DNA of 64,000 bases from Bugula neritina (taxonomy: Eukaryota; Animalia; Bryozoa): the NCBI GenBank assembly GCA_964035545.1, contig OZ037773.1, positions 401,751-465,750 of the forward strand, given 5' to 3'. The position numbers were made by a program, and so were the translations under genes. Each line of letters opens with the position of its first letter. Position 1 is the stretch's first letter. The notes under the pieces are model-generated. The model ran no database searches, was not told the DNA's origin, and saw only the letters and a program-made list of their open reading frames with translations. Below, in pieces: positions 52,101-64,000 of the stretch.

Positions 52101-55100
52101 TCTCTGTCGCATCTCGTCCAACTGGACAGAAATACTTTTATGTATGAGAAGTTCAGTGGCATTGTGTTGTTCCACATCAAGAAGTGTACGTTCAACATTA
52201 GCTGTTCTTTCACTGTATCATTCACCTACCCGGTATCATATACCTACCCTGTATCATTCACCTACACTGTATCATTCACCTACCCTGTATCATTCACCTA
52301 CACTGTATCATTCACCTACCCTGTATCATTTACCTACACCTGTATCATTTACCTACCCTGTATCATTCACCTACTCTGTATCATTCACCTACCCTGTACC
52401 ATTCACCTACACTATACCATTCACCTACCCTGTATCATTCACCTACCCTGTATCATTCACCTACCCTGTATCATTCACCTACCCTGTATCATTTACCTAC
52501 CCTGTATCATTTACCTACCCGGTATCATTTACCTACACTGTATCATTTACCTACCCTGTATCATTCACCTACTCTGTATCATTCACCTACCCTGTACCAT
52601 TCACCTACACTATACCATTCACCTACCCTGTATCATTCACCTACCCTGTATCATTCACCTACCCTGTATCATTCACCTACCCTGTACCATTCACCTACAG
52701 TGTATCATTCACCTACCCTGTATCATACACCTGCACTATATCATTCACCTACCCTGTATCATTCACTTAGCTCTATTTTACAATATCAGCATTTGATTTT
52801 TATGGATTTTATTCCTAAAAGTTACTAAAGTTTGAATTATAAATTATTTTTCTATGAGGTAGGACTTGCCCAGATTTACTCTTTATTGTTGTAATATTAC
52901 TATATTAAGGTGTCATTTCTACTCTAGACTATTACTCATGTAGAATATTATTCTAACAATATCCATAACACCATTCCCATCATCTGACCTTTGCCCCCTG
53001 ACAGATGACCACATGAGCAGAGTAGCTCTAAGACTGTTCGACGCTGCCGCTGTCAGACAGACAGAGGTGAAGTACCACACACTAGACTGTTACGACTGGA
53101 CAGATGTCTGCAGGAAGATAGGCGTGTCCAGTTTCCCGACAGTGCGGGTGTATCACGAGGGAGATTACTCCGAATATGCTGGTCCAACCTCGGTTGAAGG
53201 TTTCTCCAGACTAGGATTCCTGTGAGTTGTGACTTCTAATCATTCATACAGTGTATAGTTCCCCTGCAGAGTCTATAACACAGTTAGATTCTTCTGTTGG
53301 AAAATTTGAAGTCTGCACAAATTCCTACTTACCTGTTTCATTATGTGTCATTATTCTAGTATAACCCCTTTACTCTTATGTAGCACTGAATGCCTGGTAC
53401 ACTGTAATATGTTGGTTAAACTTATCATTTTAATGAACTGAAAGGAGACAGAATGCCTCTAGTTCTCACAATTCTGAGATTTATTCTCTATTTTTGTGAA
53501 TGAAAAGCATCTCGGATACATTGAGTAGGAATTATCCATTCAGTGTCTATATTTGGTGAGAGTATGATGAATTGATGATGTAGGTCTCAGTTCACAGCCC
53601 CTCTGAGAGTTCCTTCCATGGCTGCCATGACCAGACTGAACCAAACTCTGGAGATGAGTCACTTTATCTCGGGCAGCATAGTGCTCGGTCTCTTTAAAGA
53701 CGACCTTTCTCAAGGTCAGTCAATTAGTATTTATTTCTGGTTTCCCTTAACTTATTTGATAATTACGATGTGCATCTGAATTCTCATTGCAACCCTAGTA
53801 GATGTCCATGTCTACTGTAGAGTGAATTGAAAGGAATATATTGTGACTAAATATATTTCTATTACTCCATATCCTCTATAGAAATGGAAATGGAAATGAA
53901 ATGCAGGGTTTTAGGGCATCTGAGTTTGTCTGCTGCTAACAGTTGTGGTTGTTGCAGAGTTTAAAGCATTTGAGGGGGCAGCGAAAACCCTGATTGGCCA
54001 GAAACTGATGGTGGCAGCTTTTGATAAGCTTGCTGAGAGACTGTAAGTACACTCAGTATACTTACATATAGTACTGTATACCACTCAGTATACTTACATA
54101 TAGTACTGTATATCTCTCAGTATACTTACATATAGTACTGTATATCTCTCAGTATACTTACATATAGTACTGTAAGTACATTCAGTATACTTACATATAG
54201 TACTGTATATCTCTCAGTATACTTACATATAGTACTGTATATCTCTCAGTATACTTACATATAGTACTGTATATCACTCAGTATACTTACATATAGTACT
54301 GTATATCACTCAGTATACTTACATATAGTACTGTATATCACTCAGTATACTTACATATAGTACTGTATAGTATACGATATTGTAAAATATTATCTCAACT
54401 GTGCGGATTTAGAGTTATCTTTCCCTAATTGTTTTAGTAACTTTAAAAGTTTCCCACACAATGCAAATCAAATACATCTAAAAAACTATCTATTAGCACT
54501 TTTGCTCTCTTCTGTCAAACTGATGATGTGTTGTGAGCACCAGCATAGCCTGTGTTTCTTCGTATTTGTAGGGTTCAGAAGTACAAGCTACCATCTCTAC
54601 CTGCCCTAATATCTCTTGACCTGGCAGAGTCTAACCCAGCTAAGGCTAACAAACAATTCAACAAGAAAGTTTTCTGTTCTCCCAACATGAAAAACTTTGC
54701 TCTCAGATCTTCTCTGCCTTCCTTTGTAGGTCTTCAGTAACTTTACAGTATTTGCTTGTTGAATGACTACTTTACACTGTATATTATACTATATTCTCTA
54801 CTATATACTATATATTATACTATATTCTCTACTATATACTATATATTATACTATATTCTCTACTATATACTATATATTATACTATATTCTCTACTATATA
54901 CTATATATTATACTATATTCTCTACTATATACTATATATTATACTATATTCTCTACTATATACTATATATTATACTATATTCTCTACTATATACTATATA
55001 TTATACTATATTATCTACTATATACTAATATTATACTATATTATCTACTATATACTATATATTATACTATATTATCTACTATATACTATATATTATACTA

Positions 55101-55977
55101 TATTATCTACTATATACTATATATTATACTATATTCTCTACTATATACTATATACTATACTATATTATCTACTATATACTAATATTATACTATATTCTCT
55201 ACTATATACTATATATTATACTATATTCTCTACTATATACTATATATTATACTATATTATCTACTATATACTAATATTATATTATATTATCTACTATATA
55301 CTATATATTATACTATATTATCTACTATATACTATATATTATACTATATTCTCTACTATATACTATATACTATACTATATTCTCTACTATATATTATATA
55401 TTATACCTTTTATACTCTATTATACTATATATCATACCTTATATACTCTATTATACTATATATTATATATATAGTACACTATAATATATTATAATATATA
55501 GTATATTATATTATAACAACCATAGTATACTATAATATATTATAATACATAGTATACTATAGTGTACTATAATATATTATAATATACCATAGTATACTAT
55601 AATATATTATAATATACTATAGTGCACTATAGTATATTATAATATATGGTACACTATAGTATATTATAATATATTATAGGACACTATAGTATACTATGTA
55701 TTATAATATATTATAATATGTTGACAGGCTGAGCTAACTCCTAGCACACTTCCTGTGGTATCGAGGTCGCAGAAACTACAAGTCATACTCTTTACTGACA
55801 GGAAGTCAGCTGATCTGTTTACTCGTGTAGAGGAGCTTTCAATGGACAGTGATCTGCTTCAGACCTTTGAGTTCAACTACATGTTAGTAGTACTGGTAGT
55901 AGTAGTAGTAGCAGTAGTAATAGTAATAACAGTATTAGTGGTACTAGTAGTAGTAGTAGCAGTAGTAATAACAGTGT

Positions 55978-56046
<69 letters not shown>

Positions 56047-57207
56047 CGGTAGTAGTAGCAGTGGTAGTAGTAGTAATAACAGTATTAGTAGTAGTAGTAG
56101 TAGCAGCGGTAGTAATACTATTAGTAGTAATTTTAGCAGTAGTAGTAGTAATAGTAGTACCAGTAATAGTAGTAGAAGTAGTAGCACTGCTGGTAGTAGT
56201 AGTAGTAGTACTAGTAGTAGTAGTAGTAGTGTTAGTAGAGGTTGTAGTGTGAATACAGGAGACATATACTAAAAGAGATGATAACTCCATATCTGTTTCA
56301 GGGCTGACAATGAGATGAATCAGAGAATCCTGGGAACACTGACTGATGACCTTGCTGCTGTCACACCCGCACTGCTTGTTGTCAACTACAAACAGGTTCG
56401 TCTCACTCCCTGACTTAGATTTGAATTTTCCCGAAATGTTGTCTCTCAAGTTATTTGTCACTAGAATAGTTTAAGTATAATTAGAAAACAAATATGTGCA
56501 TGAGAAGACAACACATCCTTCGTGTAAAGAGAAATTGTAGTCTATCAACCTGTTATTTTATTTTTATTCAGTATACCTTTACTGCCAGTGTAGATGCACC
56601 AGTTATAAGACAGAAATAATAGTCTTTCTGTTACACTCCCCCCCTTCTTATCTCTTAAATGTACTTCTATGGTGTCTGGTAGTTAGAATGTGTACTAACG
56701 AATATCACAAAACAGAAAGCCACTATTCTATGCACCAGATAAAAATTTACCTCGATTCTCTTGTACTCCATTAGGGCGCAGTATTTATATACTCTGCTGT
56801 CGGTGGAAAGAAGGTTGATGCGCAACTAATAAAGGAGTGGCTCAGATCTGTTAGTGCAGGTAGCACTCCAGTGACAAAGCACCTGGCTAAAGGCCAGTGG
56901 AAACCCATGCACCCAGGCTATGATTTCTTGGCCATGAAGGAAGCAGATAAGAAGAGATATGTACCTGAGCGGACGAGGTTTGACATATCACCCAGACAGG
57001 ATATGATGTCAGCACAGGATACTCCTCTCGCTCTTAGTAAGCGGTTTACTCTCTAACAGTGTTAGAGTGTGATATCGGTAACAGTCCAGTTACGCTGCGA
57101 GCTTTCCTAAGTAGCCATATTGAAATGAGGAATATTTCTTGTTTGTAGATGTTGGAACTGAGAAGGTAGCAGCTTCTGTTGATCGACCTCTGCACACTGA
57201 ACTCTAA
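43149..57207 (+). CDS. TXNDC16: Thioredoxin domain-containing protein 16 (ERp90)-like, PDI family, non-catalytic, ER-lumenal
   Basis: Exons 43149-43344, 44631-44719, 45763-45836, 47602-47676, 47876-48000, 48492-48588, 50199-50388, 50522-50661, 50996-51071, 51431-51548, 52036-52185, 53005-53221, 53584-53714, 53958-54042, 54572-54725, 55728-55882, 56302-56395, 56775-57036, 57149-57207; phases consistent. Signal peptide; motifs LFDEDAVI, VHGIGAKEH, DCYDWTDVC...VSSFPTVRVY, WKPMHPGYDFLAM match TXNDC16 as recalled; C-terminal HTEL. Confidence 0.9.
44018..44090 (-). pseudogene. tRNA-like remnant (tRNA pseudogene or SINE head)
   Basis: Minus strand reads gtagcccccatggctag...ttacaat...gtagttcgattccaggtggggc; the T-loop GTTCGATTC is present but the stems are imperfect. 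Confidence 0.4.
44843..45762. repeat. 21-bp minisatellite (agtactgtatgtcacactatc)n, about 43 copies, ending at the acceptor of exon 45763
   Basis: Direct periodicity; last unit reads gtcacactgtag|GCC. Confidence 0.97.
48620..48787. repeat. (actc)n / (actcatt) microsatellite
   Basis: Directly visible, about 30 nt after donor gtgagt at 48589. Confidence 0.92.
49866..50000. repeat. Polypyrimidine (CT-rich) low-complexity tract
   Basis: Directly visible. Confidence 0.85.
50801..50995. repeat. 25-bp minisatellite (gtttatatgactgtatatattatat)n ending at the acceptor of exon 50996
   Basis: Terminal unit reads ...tatattatag|TGAGAG. Confidence 0.92.
51087..51190. repeat. 24-bp repeat (tgggcctcagtctattgtagacag)x4
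   Basis: Starts about 15 nt after the donor at 51072. Confidence 0.9.
51566..52024. repeat. About 44-bp minisatellite x8 fused to a 23-bp repeat (actacttgacactactcaggtaa)x4, together filling intron 51549-52035
   Basis: Direct periodicity. Confidence 0.93.
52210..52767. repeat. 18-bp minisatellite (ctgtatcattcacctacc)n, about 30 copies
   Basis: Direct periodicity, starting about 25 nt after the donor at 52186. Confidence 0.95.
54041..54369. repeat. 32-bp minisatellite (ctcagtatacttacatatagtactgtatatca)x~10 beginning at a splice donor
   Basis: First unit overlaps CT|gtaagt at 54041-54048. Confidence 0.95.
54780..55718. repeat. AT-rich compound satellite (tatattatactatattctctactatatac-type, then tatactataatatat-type) filling intron 54726-55727
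   Basis: Directly visible. Confidence 0.93.
55883..56250. repeat. (gta)n trinucleotide microsatellite starting at donor gttagt
   Basis: Directly visible. Confidence 0.95.
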
Positions 57208-57837
57208 TGACCCCAGCATGACCTTCCTGTCTATCTGTTGCACCTACGTATAATCTCTCTTCTATATTGAACTTTTAATCTCTCACTATGCATATATAAT
57301 ATACTAAGATCTGTAATCATCTTTTACTCTATATTTGATACATATGCATTTAAGCAGCTTATATGCTGCACTGATTTAGGACATTTACACATGAGTTCTA
57401 ATGGTCCTATCTCACAACAGTCTAATCTTTAGTCTTGTCTTGGTTATTGGGCGTAGCTGTTAATATAGCTAGTATTTATATCTATATTTGACCTTCAGAT
57501 GAAGATATCTTTTTTGCTATTTTTGTATGTGAATGTGCAAAACGTTTTCGTCTACAGCACGTAATCTAGATATTATGTTTATGTATTCTGTAAGTTAGCT
57601 GTTTGTTTTATACACGTATTGAGTCAGGAGTAACAACTCCGAATACTGACCAATCGTTTATTGTTCTTCAGTAGGGAGTAACCAATCACTGGCAATGTTT
57701 TACATGGCACGGTTTTCTCTTGCCAACTGATTTAATTTAGACACATTTAGTATATTTTTCTGTTGTAGTTTTATTTTTGTGTTTTTATAAGTATATTGGG
57801 ATTGCAAGTGGTTTTCCTTGTCTTTCAGAACATTTGA

Positions 57838-57903
57838 TCACAGTGGGTGGTCTCACAGTGAGTAGTCTCACAGTGGGTGGTCTCACAGTGGGTGGTCTCA
57901 CAC
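57838..57903. repeat. 15-bp repeat (tcacagtgggtggtc)x4
   Basis: Directly visible, between convergent 3' ends. Confidence 0.85.
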
Positions 57904-58342
57904 TGAGTGAGTAACATACTCAGGAGATAGGTGTTCTATGAGTAGGGTGTAATGCTAACCACTCACTTTTTGTTGAAATTTTCTTGCAATAAATGTGAAT
58001 TAGTAATGCATGTTAAATCTCTTATTGCTGTGGAACCTCCTAATGCAAAGTATTGCATACACACGCAGGTACAGTTGTGAAACTCAGTGGCCAGTAAAAC
58101 TTTGCCTGCATTTGTGTGCCATACTCTGCACAAACTAGGCAAGTTGAATACATAAATTCTAATAAAATTGATCTGCTGTCTATGTCATTACTAGAATGAT
58201 CTGCTACAGCAGGGTACACAAATATTTCACCTTTCAATGTTGAGCTTATGAGCTGTCAAAACAGAATACTAAATGTTAGGCTAACTTGCTTCAACCTGTA
58301 TAGCTTTATTATATAATACAATTGATCTCTACAGATAATATA

Positions 58343-61300
58343 TCAGCCATTTGAGACACGTAGATGATGCTTAGAAATCTGATTGCCAGAGTTTGAGTCT
58401 GCTTTTTCTGCCCCTGGAGTTTGTTTATCGTCAGTTTGCCCTTGAGTAGAGGGCGCTGTTAGCAGACTGTTGGAAGGTTTGGATATTCTTAGTTCAGGAT
58501 TTTGTCGAGATTTCATTTCCTGTTTGAGCTGTTCCAGCGTCTTTCTTTCTCTAGGTGGTTTTGGTGGGATGGGCGGTGGCTCCCTTACCATTGAGCTGGT
58601 TGAGGGTTTGTTGTAGTTGAACTTACGATTACGTCTGTTATTGGCCAGCTGCTGTGCTGTCTCCGCATTCAGTTTTCTAGCAGCAATGATTCTGCTCTCT
58701 AACGCCTTCTCCTGCTCTTCTCCGCCAGGTGTTGTTTCGAACTGCTTGACTTTTTCTGAAACTGGCATTGGCGAGTCATCAGTGGACACTCGCTGAAGTT
58801 TTCTCAGTTCCTCCGCGTCTACTGACTCATATGTGCCATTGCTGCCGAACCTTGGTCCACTCGACTGTCTGGTTTTGGCTTGTTGCTCAAATTTCTCATC
58901 TTCAACTGTACCAGGATAACTGAACTTGGACAAGTTCGGACATCCTTCGCCAAAAGCTTTTAAAGCCTGAAAATATTAATCATATTTTGTTCACAATCTT
59001 TGCAGTTGCTGGCAAATAATGTATTCAAACTTTTAATTTAATTTACAAAGACAGTGCATAGCTTGATTCTATTCACTCATCATTTTGTTAATACCATATT
59101 CATATTTCTTAAAATTCAAAAGACTACAAAGAATTGGCTAAACTCTAAAGCATCATGTATTGTTTTGCATTGACTCATAATGCTCGAAATTGAAACTGCT
59201 TTTCAACATATATACACAACACAAAACTGTTTAAAAAAATATCTAACCTCAGAACTGAGCGGCGTATCATTGAGTTCTACCAATTCAAGTTTTTTCAGTC
59301 CATTAGAAGTCATTGCACGTACAGTTTCAGAGGTCAATGAGACACAGTTAACTAGCTCTATCGCTCGGAGGTTTTGGCAAAGTTGAGCAATGTTAACAAG
59401 ACCTCTAGCTGTTATTCCTTTACCTCCAACACACAGCATCCGAAGATCAGGCCACGCCCTATATTCAACAGCCAATGAGATGTTATATTGAGTGTGTAGC
59501 ATTATGTGCAGATACCTGCGAAAATATGGTTGGTGTATCATCTCTCATTGAACTGTTTACTATGGATCAGCAAGATATATGTTCTCTGCTAATATCCTGG
59601 GTCACTTGTGGAAATTCAAACAAGTACGTTATAGCATTCAGCTAGTTGCAACAGGAGCTAAGAAGCTGTTGTTTAGCATACAATATACGATGAGATCAGC
59701 AATTACTATTATACTAGGAAGCTGTGTAAAGTTGTCTTTCCTTATAGCCTCTGAGATAGATTACATAAAATTCTGGAGTAAGAACAAATTCACAAACCAG
59801 GCATCTTGCTGCTCAGAAACTATAAGCAGAAGATAATTTTTGCGCAGAAAAATGTTCTGGTTTGTAAATGTGCTTGATTAAATTAGCTCACCTTCCAATG
59901 ACCTCACAACACGCGTCATCGAACCGCATTGGCATCTTGCAGGGTTCAGTGGGGGCTAGCAATAGCGTGTCTATCAGCCTGCATCCGGATCCCAGCTGCC
60001 ACAGCGTGTCTTTACCTGATAAGATAGAAATGCTGAGAAATACTTCACCAGATAGTCTGTATTTAACAGCTTGTAGAAAGATTGCCATATGAGCACGTCA
60101 TGTCATGAGGTGGTAACAAAAATCAGTTGAAATACAGACCAAATTGAATTAATTTATCAAACATGATGAGTAAATTTATCCACAAAAGCTTGCTAATTGC
60201 AATCTGTCAACACTCACTCACTTGTAACAAGTATGTGAATAATATTTATATTAATATCTGCATACTATGTACACACAGGCCGGGAAATATGCTGAAACGT
60301 ATGCCAGTCTTTTCAACATTGGACAATATTGACCAATCAGAGTCAGGATCTCATCAGTAAACATGTTACTACAGCCAATGATGGTGACGGAAGTGAGGTT
60401 GATGTTGCTAGCTTTGAGGAGACTCTCTAAACCTGCAACAGATGTTGTGTATTTAGAATATGAATCGCACTGTTGCAGTTTTGACTCTCTGGCAATATTC
60501 CACAGCAGATACTTAAAGGTTCAGATCTTTGAGTTTTTTATCAAAACAACTCATCAGAAAGTTGCAATACCTTTTCTCTATTTACTCAAACAAATCTATG
60601 TAGACAAAAACCAATCACACACCACTTTCAAGATTTCCCTGAATTGCTGCCAGAAACGTTTCGACTTCCATGGATCTTCGTTTCTTAGGAGCTTTAATTC
60701 CCTGCAGAGTGAGAGTCTTGACTTGAGTACTCCAGGAGGAGAGGGTGTGGAGGTACTTGGAGGATATTCTCTCGTTAACTATCTCAATCTTCTTCCAGAG
60801 AGAAGGCAGTCGAGACACGACTTTCCACTCGCGGCAAACCTGCAGACAAATAGAATATGACTCAGAGAACTCAGTCTGATAACTTCTCAGTCTGAGTAAG
60901 CTGTGACTCATTCATCCAGCAGAAAACAATCAAATAGTATTTTCTTAACAAGATAAAATTTATTATAAATAATATTATAATTTCAACTGTCAAAATAATT
61001 AAAAGTTAATTCAATTTATAATTTCGACTAATAGATATTCAATCTGCTAATTTATAGCTGGAATACACCATAATATTATATCTTATATGTAGTTGTCGTA
61101 TTATATAGGCTATGTAGTTGTCTTATCATATAGGCTATGTAGTTGTCTTATCATATAGGCTATGTAGTTGTCTTATCATATAGGCTATGTAGTTGTCTTA
61201 TCATATAGGCTATGTAGTTGTCTTATCATATAGGCTATGTAGTTGTCTTATCATATAGGCTATGTAGTTGTCTTATCATATAGGCTATGTAGTTGTCTTA

Positions 61301-64000
61301 TCATATAGGCTATGTAGTTGTCTCATCATATAGGCTATGTAGTTGTCTTATCATATAGGCTATGTAGTTGTCTTATCATATAGGCTATGTAGTTGTCTTG
61401 GGTGTTGAGCAGACTTATAGCAGACGATTTACTTACAACTAGTGACTGAGAAGATTTGGCCTCATCACCTCTAAGCACTTTGTATGCTTACCTCAGAAAC
61501 ACTGGAGAGTGTCTTTAGGTCTAAATATTCAAAGATATGTTCCAGGCATTTCTTCATCAGTCGGTCACGGGACGAGTTGGCTTTGAGTACTTTGCCTTCG
61601 ATGTTTAGTATGTTGTCTTCAGTCAGAGCTTCGGCTAAACCAACTGACTCACCATCACCAGATTTCTGACAAACAAGCGAACAACAATCTGTAGAAAATA
61701 AATCATTTTCAGCAAACAGCTTCCAAGAGAAAACTTATTGAAGTTGTTTTTTATGATTCACCAAGTTTAGGCAAGAAAAAACTTTTTGATCATGTCTGCA
61801 TGTTTACATTGGAACAAATATTAGTGACACTTTACAACCTGCATGTATTATCTTCAAGACTAATGAAGAAAATACTTTCAAGAATTATATTTTAAGTAAA
61901 TAAAATATTGATTGCTATAAGAATACTTTTTTTCCAAATGAAATATTCGAAAAAATATGTTTTATGAACAACTCTATTTAGTATAGTTCAGTTCAGTGAG
62001 TTGTTGGAGTAAATGTTCCAAGGTTGATTGACTGATTGATTTATTTATTGGATATCAAGACATGAAAACATGCGGCGAAATTCAGTGTAAATACTGGCTA
62101 TAATAAGTAGGTATGAACAAATATATAAAAAAAAATCAAAACTCTGTTGGATTTTTTACTTTTTTCCCATTTTTGTTCCCGCCTACTTATCATAAGTTGA
62201 AAGCTCTTAATATCCTAAATACTGTCACAATGAACATAATACTCACTAGACGATTTAGAGGAGAGGCTGACAGAGAGGGGGTTGGCAGAGAAGGACCTTC
62301 TGGTAATCCACCAGGTTGTTTACCAGAAGGTTGGGCAGCAGATACAGAGCTGATAGATTTCTCTAAGATTGTTTCAGGTCTGCAACATGATTTACAGACT
62401 CAGTACACCAAACAATATCAAATAAATAAAACATAATATGCTAACTTATGAGAAAATTATTGCTACTAAAGATTGTATATAATTATGCATCCATCAATGA
62501 AACCCAACAATGGCAGCAATTTAATGCAAGATGACGGTTTGTCATAGCATTATAATGATCTGAGAGACTATACACCCACATCTGTCAGATAGATGGCTGG
62601 ATGACAATTCTCAAAGGTTTTCAGTGTTGTTGCAACTGGGAAGTTTGAGGACAAACTCTGTTATGTGTATATCAATTATAATGTTACTTTATTATCTTGA
62701 ACTTGACTATACACAATACTTTATTTACATATAGTTGTGGCAGTCTGACTCACTCATAGTTTTGGTGAAATACCAGTCCTTCTATTTTAAGGTTTTAACT
62801 TTAAATAAATTACAAGCAATAAGTAACCAGTCTAGCAACATACAGTTATACCAAACAAGTAATGGTTGCAGATATATCATATATCCTGACACTTACACAT
62901 GTTCCTCAATGGTAGGCATGCCGAGAGAGTTGGCTGGACTATTTGATGGCAGAAAATCTTTAGGGCTTGTTATTTTACTATTTTTAGTAGCAGGCGAAAC
63001 CCATTTTAAGTGGGGCGGCATATCAGGGCCCCCTTCTTCTTTATCAGGGACACAGTCGCTACATATGCATTTTTCTGCAAATAATTATAATAAACAAGGC
63101 ATAGAATTTAAACTGCAATACAACTGTGCGATCTTTTTATATAAAATAAAAACTTGACTAAAACCTTTAAACAACGCTTCAACATGTTATGCAAATCATT
63201 ATTTTGATCAATCAGCTACTGGATGCTAATAAAACCATAAAAATGAACTGAGAAAGCTTTGAAGCAGTGCCAAAACCTCCAAAGCCTAGATTTAAAAGTT
63301 GCGCCTTGCAAAGTTCAAATGTTAGCAGTCGATAATTTTCATTGTAGGCTTCAACTGCTTCATTTTGTTTCGTTTACAAATCAATGGATACCGAAATCAG
63401 CAATGGTGCTGTGAGATTTTGCCTTTTTCTTAAGTGATCTTGCTAACTCAGATTTCTTTTGTCTGCTCTGCACAACGTCCTGATCGAAGCATTCGTCTGA
63501 GGATACTCGTTCCACACAGGAGTCTCGAGTTTTACTCAGTGCTTTCACCACTTGTTTTCCTGAATCCATAACTCATCACTCAATATGCTTATAACATGAT
63601 ATAATATGAGATACAACAATGAGATATATAACTGAGTATCACTGCGGCAAACATTGTAAAAATAATTCGAATAACATATTGTAATACAACAATACGTTTA
63701 GATTGCTTCAACTGCCAGAAATCATAAAAACTTATAAGGTTTGAGAAACTCTGCTTAAAACTCTCTACTGAGTAAAATACCTATCCCTAGCAACAAGAAA
63801 TGAAGTCTGACGATACCTGGAGAACACGGTTTCTTATGTCTAGACTTCCTGCAGTCACAGCACTCGGCAGGGGTTTTGCAGGCTCCTTTGGGCATAACCA
63901 ACTTACTTCCCTTGATAGGTATGTTAACCACCAGCTCTTCATCTGTGCAGTCGTTGGGTCTCGCGATGTAGTAAACATTTACCCCGTCAGTCACAAGGGT
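58343..64000 (-). CDS. FBXO41: F-box only protein 41-like (F-box plus LRR-like C-terminal region); 5'-partial
   Basis: Exons (minus strand): >64000-63817, 63559-63392, 63074-62897, 62379-62247, 61665-61492, 60839-60623, 60432-60277, 60015-59892, 59458-59248, 58966-58343. F-box IFEYLDLKTLSSVSEVCREWKVVSRLPSLW followed by SKYLHTLSSW.TQ..LTLQ, GLESLLKA, WQLGSGCR.I..L.LAP..PC..P.RF, IGRAWPDLRMLCVGG, matching the FBXO41 C-terminal half as recalled. Confidence 0.88.
61087..61399. repeat. 25-bp minisatellite (atgtagttgtcttatcatataggct)x~12
   Basis: Near-perfect tandem copies in an FBXO41-like intron. Confidence 0.96.

Noticed and set aside
55873-56461. Poly-Thr (mucin-like) and poly-Leu minus-strand ORFs
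   Set aside because: Antisense translations of the (gta)n intron repeat.
58343-64000. KDM2/FBXL19 identity for the F-box gene
   Set aside because: No CXXC or complete PHD finger in the window; the post-F-box sequence follows FBXO41 motifs.

Overview
AT-rich, intron-containing animal genomic DNA, probably from an invertebrate (inference). It is not prokaryotic, and most long ORFs in the track are tandem-repeat artefacts. Five spliced genes were reconstructed by hand with consistent intron phases. (1) A 7-exon class-A GPCR of the FMRFamide/sex-peptide-receptor-like (Srw) type on + (843-12911, start not found). (2) A convergent 2-coding-exon myosuppressin/DmsR-like GPCR on - (15815-17367). (3) MLH3 on - (26578 to at least 38908), with an intact endonuclease but a visibly degenerate ATPase. 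(4) TXNDC16/ERp90 on + (43149-57207), head-to-head with MLH3 and ending in HTEL. (5) The 3' part of an FBXO41-like gene on - (58343 to beyond 64000). Also present are decayed RTE and R4-type non-LTR retrotransposons, hAT-type, Harbinger-type and TA-flanked MITEs, a tRNA-derived SINE and many mini/microsatellites. The most striking pattern is that many unrelated minisatellites start or stop at splice sites and are built from splice-signal sequence: multiplied acceptors, multiplied donors, CAG|GTAA ratchet-like sites, anti-donor motifs matching the U1 5' end, and an AG-free tract. Family assignments rest on recalled motifs, not database searches.
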